Shown here: positions 25,319 to 38,701 of the stretch, one piece after another
How positions within the stretch are numbered: position 1 is the stretch's first letter
Layout of the letters: every line of letters starts with the position of its first letter
Assembly (NCBI RefSeq): GCF_031769215.1
Contig: NW_026782435.1
Location: 124,001 to 188,000 of the forward strand
Length of the DNA stretch: 64,000 nt
Direction of reading: 5' to 3'
Source: Ylistrum balloti
Taxonomy: Eukaryota
The notes under the pieces: generated by a model
What the model was told of the DNA's origin: nothing
The model's input: the letters and a program-made list of their open reading frames with translations, nothing else
Database searches by the model: none
Program-made: the position numbers and the translations under genes

Positions 25319-26485
25319 TTACTTGGTATACTTTTTTTGTAAAATACGCCATGCACTTTTCAGTTTAGAGGAAGAGTACCCATGTGCTGCCATCAGTCGT
25401 GTATTGAACAGATTACTGAATATATATATGTGTGTAACGTATACAGTTTTGATGTTAACTGGTGTGATATGAAGTTTATAGGCTAAAATGGCTAGGTAGG
25501 CATCATCGTATATAAACTTCTTTGTGTATTGTGAAGCAAAGTGAAGGTCGATAACTAAATCCATGCTTAAGATCATAAAACCAGCTGAAGGCATTCTAGG
25601 ATACCATTCATGGGGGTAGTCCTCAGGTGGCACATACCACTTAGATGTCTCTGTTCGGTATGGCTTATGACTTGTGATATATCCTCCGAAAAAATTTGGA
25701 AAAGTCACTTCATTTTTTAGAAACTCTACCAATCGTGCTGTAGATACCAACATATCATCATCGACAAAAACTACAAACTTAGAACGGTTACAGTGTTTCA
25801 CGCTCCAATGAATCGCTCCGATTGTCTTTAGTGTGTTATTATAGTAATTATCGAGAAAAGACATTACGATCATATCCTTATGAAGATGATTTTCGTTTTC
25901 CACACTTGTTTGTTTTAGTTGGTTATCTGACGTTCCCACAAGGAATAATCTAACGCCGTTGTAGTTTTTCATCAGTTTCGATTGAGACCATGTCTCCCTT
26001 ATTGCCTGCCGGTTTTCATAATTTTCTATCGCAGATTTGATGAGCAATATGAAAAAAGGCGCGTCCTCCACACATTTGTCTATGCGATGGTGCTTGAATC
26101 TATACGTGTACGGAAATATAGGTTTGTGTTCCACGGGGATGTTTGATTTCAGATTTCGAACGAGTTCTACCATATTTATATCCAAAGGATACGGAAATTC
26201 TGACCATGCTTTAGTTTTTAATGACTTGTTCACAACTTTTGATGAGTTATCTAAATATTTGTTTTCACTCCATATTCTTGTATCAATTTTGAAATCTTGA
26301 TCGTCGGTCATGCTGTTTGTTGAATTTGTCTCTTTCAGTTGAAGGTCTTGTTGATAATGTTGTCGTTTTCTCTTCACTGTCAGACCGTATTCATTCAGAA
26401 TCAATAGTACAAATATTTTACAAACAGCACCGAGCACTGTGATCAAGAGCAGCCACTTTGGTAACATCATATTAAACGTCTTCAT
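25319..26485 (-). CDS. GT31 beta-1,3-glycosyltransferase, brainiac (brn)-like, type II membrane protein, 388 aa
   Basis: N-terminal TM (WLLLITVLGAVCKIFVLLIL). IKSA..N..RQAIRETW, YYNNTLKT, DxD motif FVDDD, SKWYVP..YP, YTKKFIYDDAYL. Splice acceptor ttttcag|aATG at 26487-26488 implies an upstream 5'UTR exon. Confidence 0.92.
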   Translation of the reverse strand: MKTFNMMLPKWLLLITVLGAVCKIFVLLILNEYGLTVKRKRQHYQQDLQLKETNSTNSMTDDQDFKIDTRIWSENKYLDNSSKVVNKSLKTKAWSEFPYPLDINMVELVRNLKSNIPVEHKPIFPYTYRFKHHRIDKCVEDAPFFILLIKSAIENYENRQAIRETWSQSKLMKNYNGVRLFLVGTSDNQLKQTSVENENHLHKDMIVMSFLDNYYNNTLKTIGAIHWSVKHCNRSKFVVFVDDDMLVSTARLVEFLKNEVTFPNFFGGYITSHKPYRTETSKWYVPPEDYPHEWYPRMPSAGFMILSMDLVIDLHFASQYTKKFIYDDAYLAILAYKLHITPVNIKTVYVTHIYIFSNLFNTRLMAAHGYSSSKLKSAWRILQKKYTK

Positions 26486-27073
26486 TCTGAAAATGGACTA
26501 TAAAGGACACACTATTACATTAGAAAAATGATAATTTAACTACCTATGTTCAAAGGGAAACACTAGATAGGAGACAGCGAAACATACGATTAAATAATTC
26601 TAAAGATTAGAGTTTGCATTTCAATAGTAACTGTTGTCGAGGGCTCAATGTGACATTTACCTATCTACGACCTAACGATGTTAGCATGACGTCAGTATGC
26701 AAGAGCTACCATTCTTTCGGAGGAAATAGAACAGAAAAACTACAAAAGACACATAAAAATACTCTAGAAACATGGTAAGGAACTGACATCAGCCAAGTAC
26801 ACCGTTTGCGAATAATGCTTTGGATTTTTTTTAATTGGTTCGTAGTTTCACACTGTTTTTTATTTGATATCAAGCCATTTAAAAGGTATTCATATTTTTC
26901 AATTATGAAACAACTTAGAGATTATTTTTTATGGGTTATGTTACAATTCATTGGCCAATAATTTGGGATTGCTTTCTTATCTTTTCTGTAATTGATGATT
27001 TTATGTTGAGAGAAAGCGTTTTTTTTTTGTGAAAAAATAGGATAATATTGTCAATGTATAACAATGAAGAACG

Positions 27074-30000
27074 ACATCTACAGTACCATACATGTGCATC
27101 TACCTTTGTCTAGTGATCATCCCTGGCATTTCACATGACAAGGTAGTCTATCGACCTTAACAACTGTTAAAACGGCATATGCAATAGATCTTCTGAAGTG
27201 AATATGATTAGAAAAGAAATAAAAGTAACGATCATGATACAAATTTAAAACAAATGAAAATGACATCGATGATTCCTCTTATTTAAATCATTCGTTATTG
27301 TTTCAATAAAATATTTAATCTTATATATCTTTTGGCGAACGTTTCTACTATCTCTATTCCAATAATAACCTGGGCATGACTACACTACCTACATTCCACT
27401 GATGACCTGAATATGTCTATACTACCTAGATTCCACTTATAACTGGACACGTCTAAACTACCTATATTCCACTGATAATCTGGACATGCCTATACTACCC
27501 ATTTTCCACTGATAATCTAGACATGTCTATACTACCTATATTCCACTGATAACCTGGACAAACTATATCTGAACCTATATTCCACTGATAATCTAGACAT
27601 GTCTATATTACTTTTTTCACTTATAACCTGGACATGTCTATATAACCTATATTCCACTGATAAACTAGACATGTCTATATTACTTTTTTCACTTATAACC
27701 TGGACATGTCTATATAACCTATATTCCACTGATTATCTAGACATGTCTATATTACCTATATTCCACTGATAACCTGGACGTGTCTATACCACCTATATTC
27801 CACTGATGACCTGGACGTGTCTATACTACCTATATTCCACTGATGACCTGGACGTGTCTATACCACCTATATTCCACTGATAACCTGGACGTGTCTATAC
27901 TACCTATATTCCACTGATGACCTGGACGTGTCTATACCACCTATATTCCACTGATGACCTGGACGTGTCTATACTACCTAGATTCCACTGATAACCTGGA
28001 TGTGTCTATACCACCTATATTCCACTGATAATCTGGATGTGTCTATACTACCTATATTCCACTGATAACCTGGATGTGTCTATATTACTGATAACCTATA
28101 TTCCACTGATAACCTGGATAACCTAGATTCCACTGATAACCTTGATTTGTCTTTTCTTCCTTTACTCCTCTTATAACCTGGACATATCTATATTACCTAT
28201 ATTCCACTGATAACCTGGACATGCCTATACTACCTATATTCCTCTTATAACCTGGACATGTCTATACTGATAACCTGGACATACCTATATTCCTCTTATA
28301 ACCTGGACATGTCTATTTACCTTTATATTCCACTGATAACCTGGATGTGTCTATACTACCTATATTCCACTGATAACCTGGATGTGTCTATACTACCTAT
28401 ATTCCACTGATAACCTGGATGTGTCTATACTACCTATATTCCACTGATAACCTGGACATGCCTATACTACTTAGATTCCACTGATAACCTGGACATGTCT
28501 ATATTACCTATATTCCACCTATATTTCACCAGTAACCGGGACATGATTTCATATTAAAAACATAGAGGACAGTTTTCATCTACATGAGAACAAAACCAAT
28601 TCAAATGAATGTCAATTCAACATACTTGGAAATACGTCCGAACACAAGGTCTGATGAGGTATCTCTTTGGACCGGCAACTGCCAAATAGAGATTTGATAA
28701 CAGTTTAATCATTTAGCATCATCTGGAACCAGTCCATGTTGAACATTAACATAACTGACACTAATACCATTACATATTACTAGTACACAAATCAAATAAG
28801 TCAATATTACACTCTATCTATTCTGCATGGTTAGGATAAATCTGTAGCAAGAAAATAAAAAGGAAGCAAAAAGAATTTATGTTGATGTAGATAATTGATT
28901 CACATCTTAGAGTTACACCCAAAATTGTCCGAACAACCATGCCCGTCCGAACAACCCCACCGCTCTAAATCAGGCAGAAGGTCTGTGTAAGGCATGAGAA
29001 ACGTCATGTTGTTCCACACGGATTTCCATGAATATTTCCATCGCATAATGTCTAAAAACCTTCGAGGAGGAAGAGACTTACCTTGCATGAAGGCGGGTTG
29101 TAAAATAGTCTTCACAGGACAGTTAAAGTGTATATGTCGATGTCTCAGGGCGTTATTTTATCTACTGTTTCTGTACGTAGTGTACTCTTATCAAAACTAT
29201 TTGTGTTTCAAATGTCATTTACTTGGTGTTTTATTAATACAGGTATCGAGTGATTTCGCAGGCGTAACAAGCACCAGGTAACACGTATAATTCAAGGGCA
29301 TCGTCTAGTCATTTAACAACCATGTCCCAGGCCTACTTTTTGAAAAATACTGATGGTTAACGTTCATCTTTATACATTGTTTTATCTTTACTTGAATGGT
29401 TCTGTCACTGATATATACTAGATGTCTTTGATGTAGCTTTTAATTTCATCGCTCATCACTGTATCTTAATTTATATTTTTACCAGTCATATTTACATGTA
29501 AATGGTTATTTACAAATGAGTTGACGTCATTGTTAACGTAATCGAGATGTTTATCACTTGCAACATCTGCAGTAATATACATGTGCATCTGCCTTTGTCT
29601 AGTGATCATCCCTGGCATTTCACATGACAAGGTAGTCTATCGACCTTAACAACTGTTAAAACGGCATATGCAATAGATCTTCTGAAGTGAATATGATTAG
29701 AAAAGAAATAAAAGTAACGATCATGATACAAATTTAAAACAAATGAAAATGACATCGATGATTCCTCTTATTTAAATCATTCGTTATTGTTTCAATAAAA
29801 TATTTAATCTTATATATCTTTTGGCGAACGTTTCTACTATCTCTATTCCAATAATAACCTGGGCATGACTACACTACCTACATTCCACTGATGACCTGAA
29901 TATGTCTATACTACCTAGATTCCACTTATAACTGGACACGTCTAAACTACCTATATTCCACTGATAATCTGGACATGCCTATACTACCCATTTTCCACTG

Positions 30001-32262
30001 ATAATCTAGACATGTCTATACTACCTATATTCCACTGATAACCTGGACAAACTATATCTGAACCTATATTCCACTGATAATCTAGACATGTCTATATTAC
30101 TTTTTTCACTTATAACCTGGACATGTCTATATAACCTATATTCCACTGATAAACTAGACATGTCTATATTACTTTTTTCACTTATAACCTGGACATGTCT
30201 ATATAACCTATATTCCACTGATTATCTAGACATGTCTATATTACCTATATTCCACTGATAACCTGGACGTGTCTATACCACCTATATTCCACTGATGACC
30301 TGGACGTGTCTATACTACCTATATTCCACTGATGACCTGGACGTGTCTATACCACCTATATTCCACTGATAACCTGGACGTGTCTATACTACCTATATTC
30401 CACTGATGACCTGGACGTGTCTATACCACCTATATTCCACTGATGACCTGGACGTGTCTATACCACCTATATTCCACTGATGACCTGGACGTGTCTATAC
30501 CACCTATATTCCACTTATAACCTGGATGTGTCTATACTACCTATATTCCACTGATAACCTGGATGTGTCTATACTACCTATATTCCACTGATAACCTGGA
30601 CATGCCTATACTACCTATATTCCACTGATAACCTGGACATGCCTATACTACCTATATTCCTCTTATAACCTGGACATGTCTATTTTACCTTTACTCCTCT
30701 TATAACCTGGACATATCTATATTACCTATATTCCACTGATAACCTGGATGTGTCTATACTACCTATATTCCACTGATAACCTGGATGTGTCTATACTACC
30801 TATATTCCACTGATAACCTGGATGTGTCTATACTACCTATATTCCACTGATAACCTGGACATGCCTATACTACTTAGATTCCACTGATAACCTGGACATG
30901 TCTATATTACCTATATTCCACCTATATTTCACCAGTAACCGGGACATGATTTCATATTAAAAACACAGAGGACAGTTTTCATCTACATGAGAACAAAACC
31001 AATTCAAATGAATGTCAATTCAACATACTTGGAAATACGTCCGAACACAAGGTCTGATGAGGTATCTCTTTGGACCGGCAACTGCCAAATAGAGATTTGA
31101 TAACAGTTTAATCATTTAGCATCATCTGGAACCAGTCCATGTTGAACATTAACATAACTGACACTAATACCATTACATATTACTAGTACACAAATCAAAT
31201 AAGTCAATATTACACTCTATCTATTCTGCATGGTTAGGATAAATCTGTAGCAAGAAAATAAAAAGGAAGCAAAAAGAATTTATGTTGATGTAGATAATTG
31301 ATTCACATCTTAGAGTTACACCCAAAATTGTCCGAACAACCATGCCCGTCCGAACAACCCCACCGCTCTAAATCAGGCAGAAGGTCTGTGTAAGGCATGA
31401 GAAACGTCATGTTGTTCCACACGGATTTCCATGAATATTTCCATCGCATAATGTCTAAAAACCTTCGAGGAGGAAGAGACTTACCTTGCATGAAGGCGGG
31501 TTGTAAAATAGTCTTCACAGGACAGTTAAAGTGTATATGTCGATGTCTCAGGGCGTTATTTTATCTACTGTTTCTGTACGTAGTGTACTCTTATCAAAAC
31601 TATTTGTGTTTCAAATGTCATTTACTTGGTGTTTTATTAATACAGGTATCGAGTGATTTCGCAGGCGTAACAAGCACCAGGTAACACGTATAATTCAAGG
31701 GCATCGTCTAGTCATTTAACAACCATGTCCCAGGCCTACTTTTTGAAAAATACTGATGGTTAACGTTCATCTTTATACATTGTTTTATCTTTACTTGAAT
31801 GGTTCTGTCACTGATATATACTAGATGTCTTTGATGTAGCTTTTAATTTCATCGCTCATCACTGTATCTTAATTTATATTTTTACCAGTCATATTTACAT
31901 GTAAATGGTTATTTACAAATGAGTTGACGTCATTGTTAACGTAATCGAGATGTTTATCACTTGCAACATCTGCAGTAATATACATGTGCATCTGCCTTTG
32001 TCTAGTGATCATCCCTGGCATTTCACATGACAAGGTAGTCTATCGACCTTAACAACTGTTAAAACGGCATATGCAATAGATCTTCTGAAGTGAATATGAT
32101 TAGAAAAGAAATAAAAGTAACGATCATGATACAAATTTAAAACAAATGAAAATGACATCGATGATTCCTCTTATTTAAATCATTCGTTATTGTTTCAATA
32201 AAATATTTAATCTTATATATCTTTTGGCGAACGTTTCTACTATCTCTATTCCAATAATAACC
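27074..32262. repeat. Tandem macro-duplication, unit about 2.4-2.5 kb (two full copies plus the start of a third)
   Basis: Anchor catgtgcatc at 27091, 29580 and 31983 (offsets 2489 and 2403). Duplicated ORFs at 27532/30021 and 28900/31303 show the same offsets. Confidence 0.95.
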
Positions 32263-35200
32263 TGGGCATGTCTACACTATCTACATTCCACTGATAACCT
32301 GGACGTGTCTATACTACCTAGATTCCACTTATAACTGGACACGTCTATACTACCTATATTCCACTGATAATCTGGACATGCCTATACTACCCATTTTCCA
32401 CTGATAATCTAGACATGTCTATACTACCTATATTCCACTGATAACCTGGACAAACTATATCTGAACCTATATTCCACTGATAATCTAGACATTCTATATT
32501 ACTTTTTTTCACTTATAACCTGGACATGTCTATATAACCTTTATTCCACTTATAACCTGGACATATCCATATTACCTATATTCCACTTATAACCTGCATA
32601 TGTCTATATTACCTATATTCCACTGATTACCTGGACATGCCTATACTTTCTTTATTCCACTGATAACCTGGACGTGTCTATACTACCTATATTCCACTGA
32701 TAACGTGGACATGCCTATACTACCTATATTCAACTGGTAACCTGGACATATGTATATTACCTATATTCCACTTATAACCTGCATATGTCTATATTATCTA
32801 TATTCCACTGATGACCTGGACATGCGTATATTCCCTATATTCCATTGATAAGCAGGACGTGTCTATACTACCAATATTCCACTGATAACCTGGACAAACT
32901 ATATCTGAACCTATATTCCACTGATAATCTAGACATTCTATATTACTTTTTTTCACTTATAACCTGGACATGTCTATATAACCTTTATTCCACTTATAAC
33001 CTGGACATATCCATATTACCTATATTCCACTTATAACCTGCATATGTCTATATTACCTATATTCCACTGATTACCTGGACATGCCTATACTACCTTTATT
33101 CCACTGATAACCTGGACGTGTCTATACTACCTATATTCCACTGATAACGTGGACATGCCTATACTACCTATATTCAACTGGTAACCTGGACATATGTTTA
33201 TTACCTATATTCCACTTATAACCTGCATATGTCTATATTATCTATATTCCACTGATGACCTGGACATGCGTATATTCCCTATATTCCACTGATAAGCAGG
33301 ACGTGTCTATACTACCAATATTCCACTGATAACCTGGATATGCCTATACTACCTATATTCCACTTATAACCTGCATATGTCTATATTATCTATGTTCCAC
33401 TGATAACCTGGATATGCCTATATTCCCTATATTCCTCTCATAACCTTGACGTGTCTATACTACCTATATTCCACTGATAACCTGGACGTGTCTATATTAC
33501 ATATATTCCACTGATAATCTGGGCATGCCTATACTACCTATATTCCACTGAATACCTGGACATGTCTATTTTACCTTTATTCTTTTTATAACCTGGATAT
33601 GTCTATATTACATTAATTTCACTTATAACCTGGACGTGTCTATACTAACCTGGACATGCCTATACTACCTATATTCCACTGGTAACCTGTACATGTCTAT
33701 ACTACCTATATTCCACTGATAACCTGGACATGTCTATATTACCTATATTCCACTGATAACCTGGACATGTCTATATTACCTTTATTCCACTTATAACCGG
33801 CATAGGTTTATATTATCTATATTCCACTGATAACAAGGGCATGCCTATACTACCTATATTCAACTGGTAACCTGGACATATCTATATTACCTATATTCCA
33901 CTGATAATCTGGACATGCCTATACTACCCATTTTCCACTGATAATCTAGACATGTCTATACTACCTATATTCCACTGATAACCTGGACAAACTATATCTG
34001 AACCTATATTCCACTGATAATCTAGACATTCTATATTACTTTTTTTCACTTATAACCTGGACATGTCTATATAACCTTTATTCCACTTATAACCTGGACA
34101 TATCCATATTACCTATATTCCACTTATAACCTGCATATGTCTATATTACCTATATTCCACTGATTACCTGGACATGCCTATACTTTCTTTATTCCACTGA
34201 TAACCTGGACGTGTCTATACTACCTATATTCCACTGATAACGTGGACATGCCTATACTACCTATATTCAACTGGTAACCTGGACATATGTATATTACCTA
34301 TATTCCACTTATAACCTGCATATGTCTATATTATCTATATTCCACTGATGACCTGGACATGCGTATATTCCCTATATTCCATTGATAAGCAGGACGTGTC
34401 TATACTACCAATATTCCACTGATAACCTGGACAAACTATATCTGAACCTATATTCCACTGATAATCTAGACATTCTATATTACTTTTTTTCACTTATAAC
34501 CTGGACATGTCTATATAACCTTTATTCCACTTATAACCTGGACATATCCATATTACCTATATTCCACTTATAACCTGCATATGTCTATATTACCTATATT
34601 CCACTGATTACCTGGACATGCCTATACTACCTTTATTCCACTGATAACCTGGACGTGTCTATACTACCTATATTCCACTGATAACGTGGACATGCCTATA
34701 CTACCTATATTCAACTGGTAACCTGGACATATGTATATTACCTATATTCCACTTATAACCTGCATATGTCTATATTATCTATATTCCACTGATGACCTGG
34801 ACATGCGTATATTCCCTATATTCCACTGATAAGCAGGACGTGTCTATACTACCAATATTCCACTGATAACCTGGATATGCCTATACTACCTATATTCCAC
34901 TTATAACCTGCATATGTCTATATTATCTATGTTCCACTGATAACCTGGATATGCCTATATTCCCTATATTCCTCTCATAACCTTGACGTGTCTATACTAC
35001 CTATATTCCACTGATAACCTGGACGTGTCTATATTACATATATTCCACTGATAACCTGGGCATGCCTATACTACCTATATTCCACTGAATACCTGGACAT
35101 GTCTATTTTACCTTTATTCTTTTTATAACCTGGATATGTCTATATTACATTAATTTCACTTATAACCTGGACGTGTCTATACTAACCTGGACATGCCTAT

Positions 35201-35508
35201 ACTACCTATATTCCACTGGTAACCTGTACATGTCTATACTACCTATATTCCACTGATAACCTGGACATGTCTATATTACCTATATTCCACTGATAACCTG
35301 GACATGTCTATATTACCTTTATTCCACTTATAACCGGCATAGGTTTATATTATCTATATTCCACTGATAACAAGGGCATGCCTATACTACCTATATTCAA
35401 CTGGTAACCTGGACATATCTATATTACCTATAGTCCACTTATAACCTGGACATGCCTATACTACCTATATTCCACTGGTAACCTGGACATGTCTATATTA
35501 CCTATATG
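27370..35508 (+). repeat. 37-bp minisatellite arrays (consensus acctatattccactgataacctggacatgtctatact), three blocks
   Basis: Blocks at about 27370-28520, 29860-30925 and 32262-35508. The third block contains a 1537-bp higher-order duplication (ccattttcca at 32391 and 33928; ORFs 32845/34382). Confidence 0.97.
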
Positions 35509-35517
35509 CAGTTTATT

Positions 35518-35880
35518 TTACTGTAAATGCAGTCGATGGGAAGCAGCATCAGCATAACCGAGCACATAAATTTGTTCATTTCTGTATTGGTCCTTATGTT
35601 GACTTAGGCGAGAGTCTTTGTGGCGGTATTTCCCCATCTTTGGTCTTGTTTTACCTCCGGTCGAAAGTTGGATCATCTTTGCTTCATCGGTAGTCTGAAT
35701 TTTCTTCAGAAGCTGAACAACCGCAGAGATGTTCGGGTGCGCATGCTGACAGAGCTTGTTGACCTTGCTGTGCCATCTCCCAACATGATTTGTTGTCCGT
35801 GGGCCATCGTTGTCATAGTGGTTCCACAAAGCTAGTGGCCGGCATGGTCTCTGTACACATCTCCAATAAACTCTATCATT
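35518..35880 (-). mobile_element. MULE/Mutator-like transposase C-terminal relic
   Basis: LWNHYDNDGPRTTNHVGRWHSKVNKLCQHAHPNI matches the MULE WN..RTNNxxExWH..N...HPNI pattern. The catalytic E position reads G. It is homologous to the 38.7-39.5 kb copy. Confidence 0.75.
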
Positions 35881-38701
35881 AGGTCTGGTCCTGACGAGAA
35901 GATAGTATCCACCCTTCCATTTTCTATAAAGTTGATGTTAACATGTGCATTAGCCATCATTGGATATGAACGATTTGAAAATATGAAAATTAGCGCAAGA
36001 CCTTTGATATGTTTTATTTTTAATCCCAACCCACCAAAGCCAAGAAGAATTGGTAACACCCATCCAAGCTTTGATGTCTTCTGTCATCACATCCATGTTT
36101 TAATTAATATGAGTTACAACAACACTAGTATATTAGGTAAACATTTAGGTACACAATTACCATGATTTCACGAACCGGAACTATCAAATGATAAAACAAC
36201 ATTTAAGCAATTAATGTTAACAATATCTAATTATATTTAACAATTTCATCAATTATGTAAGTGATTAACAGAAGACACAACAACATCTAATAGGATATTA
36301 TATATTTTGGAAAAATGGTCGCACGGAATAGATTTTCTGGCGTTTTCAGTTCTAAATCTGTCATTTTGAAAAAAAATTGTTTAAAACAGTTGTAAATACA
36401 TTGATATCACAATTTAACTCTTGAGATTAAGATTTTAGAATATGTTACATAATGCATGTAGATTTAAGTACAGATATATTAAGTAATTGCAGCAAACATT
36501 TACGACTTCAATATGATTTCCTACATGAATTGATTTAAATCTTTATTTTATAAATCATATTCAACTTGTCATTTTTTTAAAAATTTTCTGTCAAGGAAAG
36601 TAGGAACAGATTATAGCTGAAAATCACTCAGGTGTAAAATTGTATATGTTGGCCAAGTAGTACAGGTAAATTTCAGAATGTTGGCTAAGTGAGAATGAAC
36701 CGGTGAGTCGAACACTGCGTTTGCGTCCGGCATATTTTGTGATCTGTCCCTTCTAAATTCTGCCAAAATTTTCTTTTTTGTCTCGAACATTGAGGCGCCA
36801 CCTTCTCTCAGGTAAAAATTGTCGGCATCGATCCCAATGACGGAGTGTAAGCGGACACTATGGTATGTCTCTGTTTTCAATCGAACGTTTATCTTTGTGT
36901 TTATACAGGTGCACGGGTGAAGCCTTGCATTTAAACAAATTTATGCAAACAAACTTTAGATGAGACAACATTCTCGGTCTTCACTTTTTGTACAACAATT
37001 CATGATTAGTCAGCGCAGAATGTATTAGTTGAGTTCTTATCTGTGGTTTAGTCTCCGAACGGCTGTTTCCCTTTACGCCAACTCTGCAGAACATCAAAGG
37101 GATTATTTTTCTATTGTTCAAGATAATTGAGGGGCGTCAGGAAGGGGTACTTAGGGTTGTATACAGGTGTAATAGTGTCAAAAAATACAAAACTGATGAC
37201 CTTTCATTATTCGTCATCAGTTTATTGTGTTATACACAAAAAGTACCCTAAAAATAAAAGAGGCATACATTAAACTCTCATACTTATCCAAGGGACATAA
37301 CTCTCTCACACTAAGTACAATATACATGTCCACCAATTACAGAGCAAGTATTTAATTTAATTACATACTTTACAAATCTAATTACATTAATGATAATCAT
37401 CTAAATATTGAACTTATAATTATCTTTACAGTGTTATAGTATATCAAGCTCCTTAATTACATTATTTTAAGAAAATACATATTTAGTACAATGTATAACA
37501 TAACTCACCCTACATATGATGCAGAGGTACGTGGAGTACAGTTTTGAACTGAACTTTCATTCCTATTAATCTGTTCTACAAATCAATAATAACCACAATT
37601 AGATCTTTACTCTCTACACACTGCATACAACCAATAGTACATAAAAAGGACATAAGATAAGAGTCTATAGTGGCAACTTGTAGATAGAGCTACATGTACA
37701 TTTATATATACAGATATTAACCCCTACATTATCCTACTTTTATAGATAATAGTTACTTGAAATACATAATATTATACAATTATTGGAAAGAATAGTTACT
37801 TACCAATAATACTGGTGTAGAATCAATACCCAGTTATTCAATCTCTCAGAGATACTAATAACCAGCCGTTCCCTCCAAAACCCAAACCTGTACTGCCCGA
37901 CAAATCTAAACTTCCCAGTAAAAATCATACTTAACCTTTCTTGTGTTCTACCCAATCAAAATTACCTTCCCCGGGTCAGTGGACAGGTCAGTCACAGGTC
38001 AATCTGTACCATTACCATATATGGAAATGTCTTACCTGAACACTTTTCACTATATACCTAACCAAACCATTAAGGATACATGCCTCATGATTTTCTAAAA
38101 TACTATATTTACTACCTACATTGCTCAATATATGAATTAATTAAATTATACTAATATCTGAATCATATCAGATATTACAATACATATAGCAATAAAAAAG
38201 ATACATTATCTGACCCATGTCAGCAAATACAATGGTATAAAACATAACTTTAACAAACATTCAATAAAAGCAATAATTCACATAATCCACACCCTGTCAC
38301 ACAGGTAAACTCGGGTAAATATATCTGATAAATACTTGCAACAGTTTTTAAGGTAAGTAATAAGAAATTCAGACATAAGATAAACTTAAAACATTTTATT
38401 TATTGTATTAATATGACGTTAATGATAGACCACATGAAGATTACAATTAATAAACATTAATAAGCATATTATCATTTAAATTAAGCACAGAAATAACTTT
38501 TTCATTTTTAGTTTTATAATGTAGCACTAAATTCAACATATACATACTAAACTAAATTTTACTAATTAATTTTCAATTTTCAATATTTGATATACAAGCA
38601 CTATTTTCATAAATTAAATACCTAACAGCACTAACTATTAGAATGTTCATAAACACGTATGTAGCACTAATTAATATTCACATAAAGCACAGAGTCTATT
38701 T

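Noticed and set aside
28625-28690. Hammerhead ribozyme at CTGATGAG (also in the 31.05-kb copy)
   Set aside because: The nearby GAAAT has no matching stem III/NUH and stem II lacks the G-C closing pair. CTGATGA in monomer variants and at about 37185 (a simple hairpin) also lack GAAA.
27370-35508. 37-bp repeats as a CRISPR array
   Set aside because: Units are directly adjacent with no unique spacers, there are no cas genes, and the context is eukaryotic. The same applies to the 40-42-bp array.
36611-36880. 89-aa ORF between the MULE relics
   Set aside because: No recognisable motif or splice support. It may be transposon-derived but cannot be assigned.
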